A program made the position numbers and the translations under genes. The notes beneath the pieces were generated by a model, which did no database searches, was not told where the DNA came from, and was given only the letters and a program-made list of their open reading frames with translations. A stretch of DNA of 57,639 bases, from the NCBI RefSeq assembly GCF_001194135.2, contig NC_068997.1, positions 404,050 through 461,688 of the forward strand, given 5' to 3'. The DNA is from Octopus bimaculoides. Lineage: Eukaryota. Below are positions 25,860 to 35,500 of this stretch, piece by piece (positions within the stretch are counted from its first letter, which is position 1; each line of letters opens with the position of its first letter).

Positions 25860-26095
25860 CAAAACACCTATGGACCATCGATAAGGCGTTTGCAAATCTA
25901 GTACCCAAGATACACTTTCAGCTTCGTACCTATTATTATTGGAATAACAGGATACATGCCAGTCTGCCTGGAGCGAAGTAGAACTGAACATGGGTTCTTG
26001 GAGAAAGAATGCAATTCTTTAATTCATAAACTAGAAAAGATCACAATATCTAGGAGAATAAAAATTTGAAGGACTTTTTTAAGATTGAAAGGATG
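25860..26095 (+). mobile_element. RLE-type non-LTR retrotransposon 3' end, copy C (inverted relative to copy B)
   Basis: acacctatggaccatcgataaggcgtttgcaaatctagtacccaagatacactttcagc aligns with the reverse complement of copy B. It translates YGPSIRRLQI*YPRYTFSFVPIIIGITGYMP. Confidence 0.7.
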
Positions 26096-26130
26096 TTGAA
26101 CAAACCAAGATGCTTAACTACCAAGCAGGT

Positions 26131-26522
26131 CAGCGCTGGATTAACCATTAAGTAAAATAAGCACGTGCTTAGGGCATCAAGGGAAGAAGGAGGCACCATA
26201 AAAATGGTAAATGGTTTACGGCACAAAAGGAATCACTTTAAACTTTCTAAAATAACATTTGGGATGCCTTTATCTCTACTAAGTATAGATGCAAATGTAT
26301 TACCAAAGATTAATTTTGAGGATCTGATCAAAGACTTCCCGATTCAAAAAGTAGGAGGAAACTTTTCAGATATACATAAAGTAGAAGTATACAAAAATGA
26401 ATATTATTTTCCTTCTTACTGTTTTGTTTTGTTTTGAAAAATATATTATTTTACGGTTTGTTATCGTTTATATTTTGAATTACGAAGTGCTTAGGGCCTC
26501 GATGGGTCTTAATCCGGCCCTG
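26131..26522 (+). mobile_element. Non-autonomous hAT element with 8-bp TSD
   Basis: Termini cagcgctggattaa ... ttaatccggccctg. TSD aagcaggt at 26123-26130 and 26523-26530. Internal remnant LSLLSIDANVLPKINFEDLIKDF resembles the hAT C-terminal dimerization domain. Confidence 0.8.
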
Positions 26523-26579
26523 AAGCAGGTGGGCAGTTAAAGTTAATTCTAAATTAAAAAGAGAACAAGAAAATATACA

Positions 26580-27775
26580 TACATACATGTATGTATGTAT
26601 GTATGTATGTATGTATGTTTTCTGTCTTTGAAATTTAAACAGCTGTTGCTGAAACGTGAACTCATTTCCTTCTTGATATGATGGGTTGTACTTTAGGAGA
26701 GGCTACTATTTCTGTCAATGTTGTTAATATCTCCTAGCTTGCATGTATATGTGCCCAGGCATAACTTTTTGCTGATATGTATGTCATTATTCCGTTTCAT
26801 TTCAAGATTTCTTGGCAACAGAGAAAGAGCCGGTCTCATTGGAATTTCAACATCAACAACAGGGCATTTTTGCATGCATGCATGTATGTATGTATGTATG
26901 TATGTATGTATGTATGTATGCATGTATGTATGTATGTATGTATGCATGCATGTATGTATGTATATGTGCAGATTTGTATATTTTGTTTTATGTATGTCTT
27001 CTCATGCATATACTTGTATATCTAGACATACTCATACATATTTAAATGATAAACTTCTGGAAAGTTTTACAGTAATAGTTTTCGAATTAGCTTTCTCCTT
27101 TCTGGTTTTGAGAAGTCTAATTTCTCAAGATTGGTATTTAGGCAGTGTGTTACATATCCCAAGGCCCCAATAATTACTGGTATAAATCTGAACTTGTAAT
27201 CTGGATAGAATTACTACAGATTTCTCTATAGTTCAGTGTAGGTATTCTCTTTTTCACTGATCTTCAGTTTTATGTTAACATCCTCTGGGCAGCTAATTTC
27301 TACAGCCGTACAGTTTCTCTTCTCTATTCCAAATCATTATATCAGGTCTGTTGGGCTTACATTTTATTAAGGTTTTCACTGGGACATTCCACCAGTATTC
27401 TTTTTTATTATGAGTGACCCTGGCTTCTACAATACTGTGGGTTCTTGCTTGTTTGTCCTCGCGGTTATTCATCCGATGGATTTCATTATAGAGTGTCCTA
27501 GCTACAACATCATGTCTCATCGGTAGATAATACGGTGATGACATTTTCGGACAACTGCTTATGATGTGGATATCTTCGGTCTGCATCAGTTGTCACACTT
27601 TACTGCTTTTCCTGCATCTCTATCCCTTTTGTGTATCAGGAATTGGTTGATATTTCCTGTTCTTCCTGGATTGCAAACGTATACCCTTCAAAGTGAGAGG
27701 TAGTAATCCGGTTATTGATCCATGATCGGCTGCTTTGATGATCAATGTTACTATCATCTCAGAGTTTTCAACTAA
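26580..27775 (-). mobile_element. 5'-truncated RLE-type non-LTR retrotransposon (R4/NeSL-like), copy A
   Basis: Degenerate ORF: SHFEGYTFAIQE, zinc-knuckle region KCDN..C...EDIHIISSC, RHDVVARTLY, WWNVPVKT..KPNRPDIMIW, VEISCPEDVNIKLKISEKENTY and FIPVIIGALGYV (PD-(D/E)xK endonuclease). A 3'UTR with TACA microsatellite tracts follows. Confidence 0.8.
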
Positions 27776-27779
27776 CATG

Positions 27780-27908
27780 TCCATGCATAGTCTTCAGCTC
27801 ATATATGCTCATCCTTTCTTCTGATGATGCATCGCGGTAGAATGCATGTGTGTATGTGTGTATGTATGTATGTATGTATGTATGTATGTATGTATGTACG
27901 TATGTATG

Positions 27909-27940
<32 letters not shown>

Positions 27941-28340
27941 TACATGTATGTTCTCTTCCTCTTTTTAATATCAGAGTAAACTTTGACCGACAACGTACTT
28001 GGTAGCAAGGTTGTGAAGGAAAGTATCTTCTTTTAATCGTCATCTTTTAAATCTTAAGGCGTTACAGACTTTTATAGTCTCAGACATCGTGTAATCATTT
28101 GTAGTAAAATGAATTAAGGATTTGCGTTCTCTCCCCAAGATCCGAGGTTCAGTCGTACTTCGCTCCTCCAGACAGCCTGGTATGCATCCTGTTGCCTCAA
28201 TAATATTAGGTATGAGGCTGAAAGAGTATCTTGGGTACTGGATTTGCAAACTACTTATGAACGGTCCATAGATGTCCTCTTTCTCTTGTATTTTTCTTCC
28301 CACATTCGGGTTCAGAGGACAGCTCATATCCAAAACAGAA
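27780..28340 (-). mobile_element. RLE-type non-LTR retrotransposon 3' end, copy B
   Basis: LDMSCPLNPNVGRKIQEKEDIYGPFISSLQIQYPRYSFSLIPNIIEATGCIP...TIKVCNALRFKR*, then a 3'UTR with (TACA)n. Confidence 0.75.
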
Positions 28341-28465
28341 CATATCTTTTCTATGTACGTACGTATGTATATATTTATGCATGCATGTGTGCGTTTTTAT
28401 GTATGTGTACGTGTGTATGTATGTTAATAATAATAATTGCTTACTGAGACGGCCATTTTATTCAT

Positions 28466-28489
28466 AGATAGACAGACAGACAGACAGAC

Positions 28490-28533
<44 letters not shown>

Positions 28534-28546
28534 TGATAGATACATC

Positions 28547-28611
<65 letters not shown>

Positions 28612-28612
28612 A
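28466..28612. repeat. (GACA)n(GATA)n microsatellite
   Basis: Direct reading of the sequence. Many other (AT)n, (CA)n, (TATG)n, (CAT)n and (GA)n tracts occur throughout the window. Confidence 0.95.
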
Positions 28613-28942
28613 CAGAGAGAAAGAAAAAGAAAGAGAGAGTAGTATGTGTGAGTGAAAGAAAACATAAGTGAATGGTATAATTGTTCAGGTACTATTGTAT
28701 TGTGTTACAAATAGATAACATGGTAATGTCCTTTAACGCTGCTACGTTTTCTCATATAGCAAAAATTATGTCAGACCCCCCAATATTGTATAGGAATTGA
28801 AGTTCATGCAGTGACACAACTACCCTATCTTTAAGAGGACCTGGTCGTGCGTGATTAGCGGTAAAGATGGAATATGTGTGTGACGCTACGACTGAAGAGA
28901 AATAACTTTGCAGCGGGATGACTATAGATTTGTGTGTGTGTG

Positions 28943-28980
<38 letters not shown>

Positions 28981-29217
28981 AATATAATTACCTCCGGCTG
29001 ATACAAAATTTTGACACAAGTCAGCAATTTCAAGGGAAAGATAAGTTGATCGCATGGATTTCCCCTCCAATCCCAGGGCTCAATTAGTACTTGATTTTTA
29101 TCGAACCCGGAATGGTAAAGTCAGTCTTAGCAGAATTTGAACTCAGAACATAAAGAATGGGAAGAAATGCCGCTTAGCATTTTGTCCGATGCGCTAACAA
29201 TTCAGCCAGCTCAACTA

Positions 29218-30295
29218 TCTTTTATATTTTTTATAATAGACGCGAAATTCTGTCTGTCCGCCCGTCCGGGACCCCTGTATCTCAGCCTATATTTGCTCTA
29301 CATAGACATATTTTACCTTTTTTTTGGAATCAGGATGATCCTGGGATTGAAAATCTGCCCTTCATTTGGTTCTTGAACATCCAGCATTGGGATCGGGTCT
29401 GGATGAGGATTTGTTATATGCTAACAATTGAAAATTCAAATTTTAAAAGACCTCCCAAAATTTGTGGACTTAAAGTTTCTCATTTAAATTGAATTTGAAG
29501 TAATACCAAAATTTGGTGAATTTAGAAAACATTTTCAATTCAGTTCATTTGAAACCAGATTCGAATTAGAGTGAGAGGTTTCGTGCTCGTGAGGTTTCGA
29601 AGTTCCGCGGAGTTTGTGAATTGAAGCGCTCGGAAGAAAATACTGAAGAACTCGAATTTTCGGCCAAATTGAACTTTTGACTCAAATCAGACTTTCGGCC
29701 CAAATCGGTTTTTCGGCTCAAATCGAACTTTCGGCTCAAACAGGACTTCGGCCCAAATTTGATCCAGATTAGACTTTCGGTCGGATCAGATTTTCAGCGG
29801 AGCCAATTTATTCAGAGATTTGGATGCTGGAAGATTAGCAGCTCAGCTACTGGATCTGGGAAATGAAAGCATTCAGCAAGACAATAATGGAGACATCACT
29901 TTTTCAAATGGCTGCGGCATTTTGGTCAAAACTTATCAAGGTATACCAAATATTAGACGCAATTGGCTTTGTGAAAAAGCCATACTTGCACCAAAGAATG
30001 AAACTGTCCAGGATGTCAAATGGAAACATGCAATCAATCAATACCGAGAAAAAAAAAAATTATTTCTCAATGGATACTGTTGTGGACCCCAATGACGCTG
30101 TGAATTATCCTACTAAGTTTCTTAACTCTTTAGATCATCCTGGAATGCCTTCTCACAAACTGACATCGAAAGGAGTTCCAATCATGCTTTTGAGAAATCT
30201 TCCAAAGCTGTGCAATGGAACCAGACTGATTGTCAGGCAAATGCATTCACGTCTTTTGGAAGCACCAATCCTCACTAGACAAGGAAAGGGAGAAA
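29218..30295 (+). mobile_element. Internally deleted Helitron with PIF1-type helicase remnant
   Basis: Frameshifted helicase motifs NWLCEKAILAPKNETV, AVNYPTKFLNSLDHPGMPSHKL, GVPIMLLRNLPKLCNGTRLIV and GKGE (29820-30295). A possible A|TC 5' end at 29217/29218 sits at the head end of a SINE. The 3' hairpin-CTAG end is not seen. Confidence 0.85.
29650..29800. repeat. About 18-bp minisatellite inside the Helitron (aaatcgaactttcggctc-like units)
   Basis: About 7 degenerate tandem copies of aaatc..actttcggc(t/c)c. Confidence 0.75.
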
Positions 30296-30927
30296 ATAAC
30301 ATTCTTCCACTGCTTTAGGGACCAATTCTGTAGGTTTTTACTCCACTCTCAATGCTTTGCAACGTTTCTTTTTGAAAGTAGTGGTTTTTTGATTGCAGCC
30401 AGCACGTGAAATCCGGCTTTGTGCAGCTCCTGGCGAACAATTTCTGTGGAAACTGGGTTCTCAAGGTGGTCTGCAGAAATTTTGGGTGCTGTACTTTTGT
30501 GATCGTTTATAACAATTCGCGTAAAAATCCAACAGTCTCTGTCTGAAAGTTTTGGTTTTCTTCCGGAGTTTTGTTTCGACGAGGAGGTTTTTCCCTCTTT
30601 TTCAAAGGCTATCATTACTTTTGAGACAGTACTTCTTGATACACCAAACATTTCAGCTGTTTTCGTTACGCTAGCATCTGCCATACGAGCACCAACAACT
30701 TGACCTCTTTGAAAGTCCGATAGATCTGTCATTTTAATGAATTTTAGTTACCTTTTTCTGATGAAACCTGAAAAGAAACAGCAATTTTAGCAAAACCTTT
30801 TAAGCAACACTAATAATAAATAAATAAATAAAAACATAAAAATAAACAAGCTTTTGGTGGTTTTATAGATATTTCAAAATTATGATGTTATGATGCTAGG
30901 TGTTTCCATTATTTTGTCCAACCCCTG
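30289..30927 (-). mobile_element. Truncated Tc1-family transposon (one TIR plus N-terminal transposase)
   Basis: TA followed by TIR CAGGGGTTGGACAAAATAATGGAAACA (reverse complement ending at 30927). ORF 30732-30349 reads MTDLSDFQRGQVVGARMADAS...GRKPKLSDRD...KKPLLSKRN (paired-like HTH and GRPR-like motif) and continues past a stop as EWSKNLQNWSLKQWKNVIFS, where it breaks off. Confidence 0.9.
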
Positions 30928-30956
30928 TATATATATTATATATACTAATATATACA

Positions 30957-31093
30957 CACTAGCGTAGGTGGGGAGATGGCGGTACTTTTGGGTCTGCTAT
31001 GAGCAAAATGTGTCTTTTGTGGGGTTAGGGTTAGGGTTAGGGCGGCAAACAGAAGGGCCGCTCCGGGCGGTACACACTCTAGCTACGCTAGTG
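30957..31093. mobile_element. Small MITE with CACTAGCGTAG/CTACGCTAGTG termini and internal (TTAGGG)n
   Basis: 11-bp perfect TIRs within a TA-rich tract and an internal ggggttagggttagggttaggg. The superfamily is uncertain (hAT-like or CACTA-like). Confidence 0.6.
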
Positions 31094-31443
31094 TATATAC
31101 ACATATATTAACATATACACTAATATATTCACATAACATATACATGCACAGGTATATATTTATATATACTATCAGATAAAGGATCATGAAAAACTGTTTT
31201 CATATTGTAAGAGAAAAAATCTCAGATCTTTTTTAAGAAGTCTTGATAAGTTACTTTTCTTCTTTCTTTCTAAAACTTTTTCGCTTGTCGATATTATATT
31301 TAGATGTCAAGTACATTCATGCATAGTACATACTTACATACCCCCCCCCCACACGCACACGCTAATACACACACATGTTTGTATGCATGCATATATGTAT
31401 GTATACATGCATATATGCATGCATGCATGTATGTGTATATATG

Positions 31444-31513
<70 letters not shown>

Positions 31514-32339
31514 AACTGTTGGTATACCACAAAATGAACTTTGCTCCGGCTGCACCTCGGAAAGAGACTTTCCGAGGTGCAGATCCACGGTATCATAAGG
31601 CAAGCAGAGGCCTGGATATGTTTGTACTACAAGAGAGCTTTGTCGAGAATCTTGTTGCACTCTCGATGCTTCAGGGCTAAGTGTTGATTCATGACCATTC
31701 ACGACCACCCGTAGAATGTTACAACTTAATCCGGCCTGCATTAAGTCTGAAGTTTTGGGTTTGCAATGTCAAGTTTCGATAATTAAATATCAAAATAACA
31801 ATAAAATAAGTAGAGGACTGAAGTAGAACACTTCAAAATCCTGTACCTAATGGGAAGGGGAAGCGAACAGAAGTTGTAGTGGTGTCGGGCAAAAGTGTTC
31901 AAAAAATAAAAAGACTTTTGGAAATTCATTTCTTTTTCAGAATACTAAAAAGTGAAGGAAAATTTTACTCTTTTCTTTTCTCGTGAAATATGGGAAATTG
32001 AAGGAGAGCTGTTCCAAAAGTCCTTTAAAGTTAGTACTGGGGTCGATTTGATGGACTAAAAACGCTTTGAAGATGGTAACCTAGAATAATCGTAATCCGC
32101 TGACTGAAATTAGTGAACAAAAAGTAAATAAAGCATTTTTGAGGGGGGAGAGAGAGAGAGAGAGGTGGGACGGAGAGGGGAAGAGAAAGATCAATTGATT
32201 AATAGAGAAAAACGAAAAGAAAAGAAAAGTGAGAAGAGACAATCAATAATGAGAGTTGTTTCCCCTTATATTTTAAACAACACGAATTAGCATAACAACA
32301 ACAAACAACAAAACGAAGGAACACAAATAAATAACAAGA

Positions 32340-32488
32340 GGAGGAGGAGAACAAGAAGTATTATGGGTGGGAGCCAAAGAGTTTTGATAGCAGCACGGTT
32401 CGCCTGGTTGGCTGACGACGGCTGGGCTTGAACTTATCACGTGGCTAAAGCCAGCATTACCTTTGTTTCCTTCTGTGCAGTCTGCAAA
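32340..32488 (+). promoter_or_regulatory. Putative SHMT core promoter/5'UTR with E-box CACGTG (32438-32443)
   Basis: Non-repetitive, CpG-retaining segment directly upstream of the ATG. It contains a GGGTGGGAG GC-box-like motif (about 32365) and CACGTG. The transcription start site is unknown. Confidence 0.4.
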
Positions 32489-32536
32489 ATGCTGCTGAAA
32501 TTAACCCACTTCAGACTCGTCCACACTGTCTTCAAA
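32489..32536 (+). CDS. SHMT2: SHMT coding exon 1 ([16 protein letters not shown], start of transit peptide)
   Basis: gcaaaATG context, basic/hydrophobic peptide with no acidic residues, donor AAA|gtaagc in phase 0 matching exon 2. There is an in-frame stop upstream at 32429-32431. Assigned by fit rather than by homology. Confidence 0.7.
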
Positions 32537-35500
32537 GTAAGCATTTTCAAAATATTCTCTGTTGATTTTAGGCCACAAAGCTTACTGGTGGCACACAAGT
32601 TTCGGTTACTAAACTTTTACATGTGGGCCTGTTCGCACTGAACTGTTTAACTTTGTTGTTTTTATTTAGCTCCTTCCTCACATTTCATGAGCAGACCACA
32701 ATTGAAGGCTTTTCCTACCGTGCCCACCCTGTCTTTTTTTTTTTTTGTGAGTGAGTTTGTTTTTCAAACAAGTCCTTCCTTTAATTAAGACGAAGAAATT
32801 TTAGCATCAGAGTAACGACTATTTAAGGCGACCTTGTCGATTGTTATCAATGCACACGAATATTTGTAAATAATTTATTCGGTAACATGAGAAAAAAGCG
32901 GAATATTATAGAAAATGAGATTAGCGATGTTGGGATGTGGAGGGTTGTAAGGATCTAGTATACCTTTCTCAATTATCGAAACATAAGTTGATGCTTCAAA
33001 GCATGTAAATCGTAGTACCACCCCTTTATTTTCGATAATTTTGTATAATTCGTATATTAGTATATTTAGTTATTTATGAATGTATATGTGACACAGTCCT
33101 GTTGCCCCTGTATAAAACTTAACATTGTAATTTGTAAGAAATTGCGATTTATTGAAATGAAACGTTATATAAGATGTCATGAAGTCGGGAAGGGCGAAAA
33201 AAAATGTTCTTTTTCTGTACCTTCGAAATCTTCCATGTTCAAAACATGATTCGAAGATTCGAATTAATTATTATGAATAAATAAAATTTCAAAAAGTTAA
33301 AAGTGGTTGCTACATAAATTCCTATTTTGGAACATTTTATTTATTCGTTTTGATAATACAGGAGAGCCAAGACCAGTTTTTACATTACCCATTACTTCAA
33401 TTTCAAATTTCGCCGCTTTTCTTATTTTCCTTTTAATTGTTAAACAAAACAAAAACTTTTTTTCAATAATTATTCTTAAATACAAAATGTAATCTTGTAT
33501 TTATCTTTCTTTTGGTGCATCTTTGTGTGTGTTTTTCTTCCTGGTAAATGAAATCTGTGTCCTTGTAATATTTGCGTGTTTTTCAAGGCTGTTTTATTAT
33601 GCACGATAAACATTTTCAGAATACATTCGTAAGCAAAAATGATTTTGATAATTCGCTTGTCGTATGTTTTTTTTTTTTTAATATATATATATATTTCTTG
33701 ATTTGATAAAAATTTTAAAAGAATAAATTTGAATCGTCTTTGTTTTGCCCCATTTCAAACCTAGATTCGGCTGCTATTTCTAACAGCTTGTATGACCATG
33801 TACAAGTTGTTTAGTCGTAGAACATTAATGAGAAGTGGTCCAGTTGGCGAAGGTAAAGAATACGTACACCCAGTGTTTAGGGTAAAGGTTTTTATTACGC
33901 CGAAAACTAGTGGTGTACGTATTCTTTACCTCCGCCGGTCCAGCCATGGCAATTCTCATCATTGTGCCCATAGTATGTATGTTCAGGTAGTAGAAAGGGA
34001 TCTTTTTTAAAACGGGGGCCACATTTTTCATTAACGAAACACTTTGAAACTTGGAACACTGGTAGAATGTGTCATATAAAACATCTTTTTCTCTTAGTCT
34101 TCTTAAAAAAAAAGAAATCCCTAAGTTATTCCATGTTAAAGTTGTCGTATTTCTGTAATTTCAACCAATCACTGACGTCCATTCAGCCGATATACATTAA
34201 GTGCCGACTACATAAACAAACGATTCTGAAACAATTCTATCGGTGATAGGGTTAGGGTAAAACAGCAAATTTAAAAAGAAAAAAGCAAAACTAAGTCAGT
34301 GATTGGTTGAAATTATCGAAATAAGACAATTTTTTACATGAAATAAATTCGAATACAAAAATATTTTTCTGTTCTATAACACAAAATAGATAAGTATACG
34401 AAGTTTGAAAGTCTTTCGGTACCAAAAACACTACGTAAAACATTAATGAAAAATGTGACCCCCGTTTTAAAAAAGATCCGTAGAAAGTAATTCGAGTGAG
34501 ACTTAGCTGTTATTTCTAGCCAATCAATCATACGGCCACATAGAAAGCCCGGTACTACTAAAGCAGCACGGTCCCGAACGCGCAGTCACGTGTCCGCACT
34601 AGCTAGTCGTGAGTGTTCGATCCTAACCCTAACCCTAAACACGTATTCATTTGCACGCGGGTTAGGGATAGGGTTAGGGTTAGGATCGACCACTCACGAC
34701 TAGCTAGCGCGTTCGGGACCGTGCTGCTTTAGTAGTACCAGAAAGCCCTTTATTTCTTATTCCCGCGTGAGATGGCGAACTAGCAGAAGCGTGAGATGGC
34801 GAACTAGCAAAAGTGTGAGCATGCCGGAGAAAGTGCTTTGGGCATTTCGTCCGTCTTTACATTCTGAGTTCAAATTCCGTCGCTGTCTGCTTTGCCTTTC
34901 CTTTCGAGATCGGTATAAATGACTAGTCCCCTCCCATTAAATTCCAGGCCTTTAGTTATACTCAACGCTGGATTAACCATTTAGCGAAATAAGCACTGTT
35001 TTGGTCCTCACGTTGCTGAACATAGGCAAACTTCTTTTCTGCTACTCCCTTGGCTATATATACCTGTCTTCTAGCTTCCCTTCTGGCTAATTGATACAGT
35101 CCTCTGCTACCCCTACTCTTCCAGGGTTGTTTCTTTGCTCAAATGGCCCTGTCTACACCACCATATTACTCTAGGTCTGTAAGGGACTTTGCTCCAGATT
35201 TGGTCTGTGGCGCTTAGCAAGCTGTCTCGCAGGAATTCCCAGCTGCCTTATCTTTTTCCAGAATATTAGCTCATCAATATTTGGAATATGAGACATATCA
35301 CAAAAAAACTACAAAGAATAACATGTTGAAAAACCCATTAGGATATAAAAAGTGAAAAGATTGCCTTCGACTTTTTTCTAGCCAAAAAGGGTTTTCTACA
35401 TTATATTTTCATGCTATTCTTTCTAGCGTTATATGATGTACCTCAGGAGTACATCATATAACATTATTCAAAGAAAGAATTATTTCTCATTCCCCCAAAA

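Noticed and set aside
27821-27850. Hammerhead ribozyme core (CTGATGA)
   Set aside because: There is no correctly placed GAAA or closing stems here or at the other CTGATGA sites I checked (30758, 51176).
27293-28333. Circularly permuted retrotransposon (C-terminal piece upstream of the N-terminal piece)
   Set aside because: Copy A continues through a frameshift into its own VEISCP...IIGALG C-terminus down to about 27040, so these are two tandem copies and not a permutation.
32441-32488. N-terminal extension of SHMT from an upstream GTG (MAKASITFVSFCAVCK)
   Set aside because: The start is non-ATG and an in-frame stop lies just upstream. The ATG at 32489 has good context and gives a plausible transit peptide.
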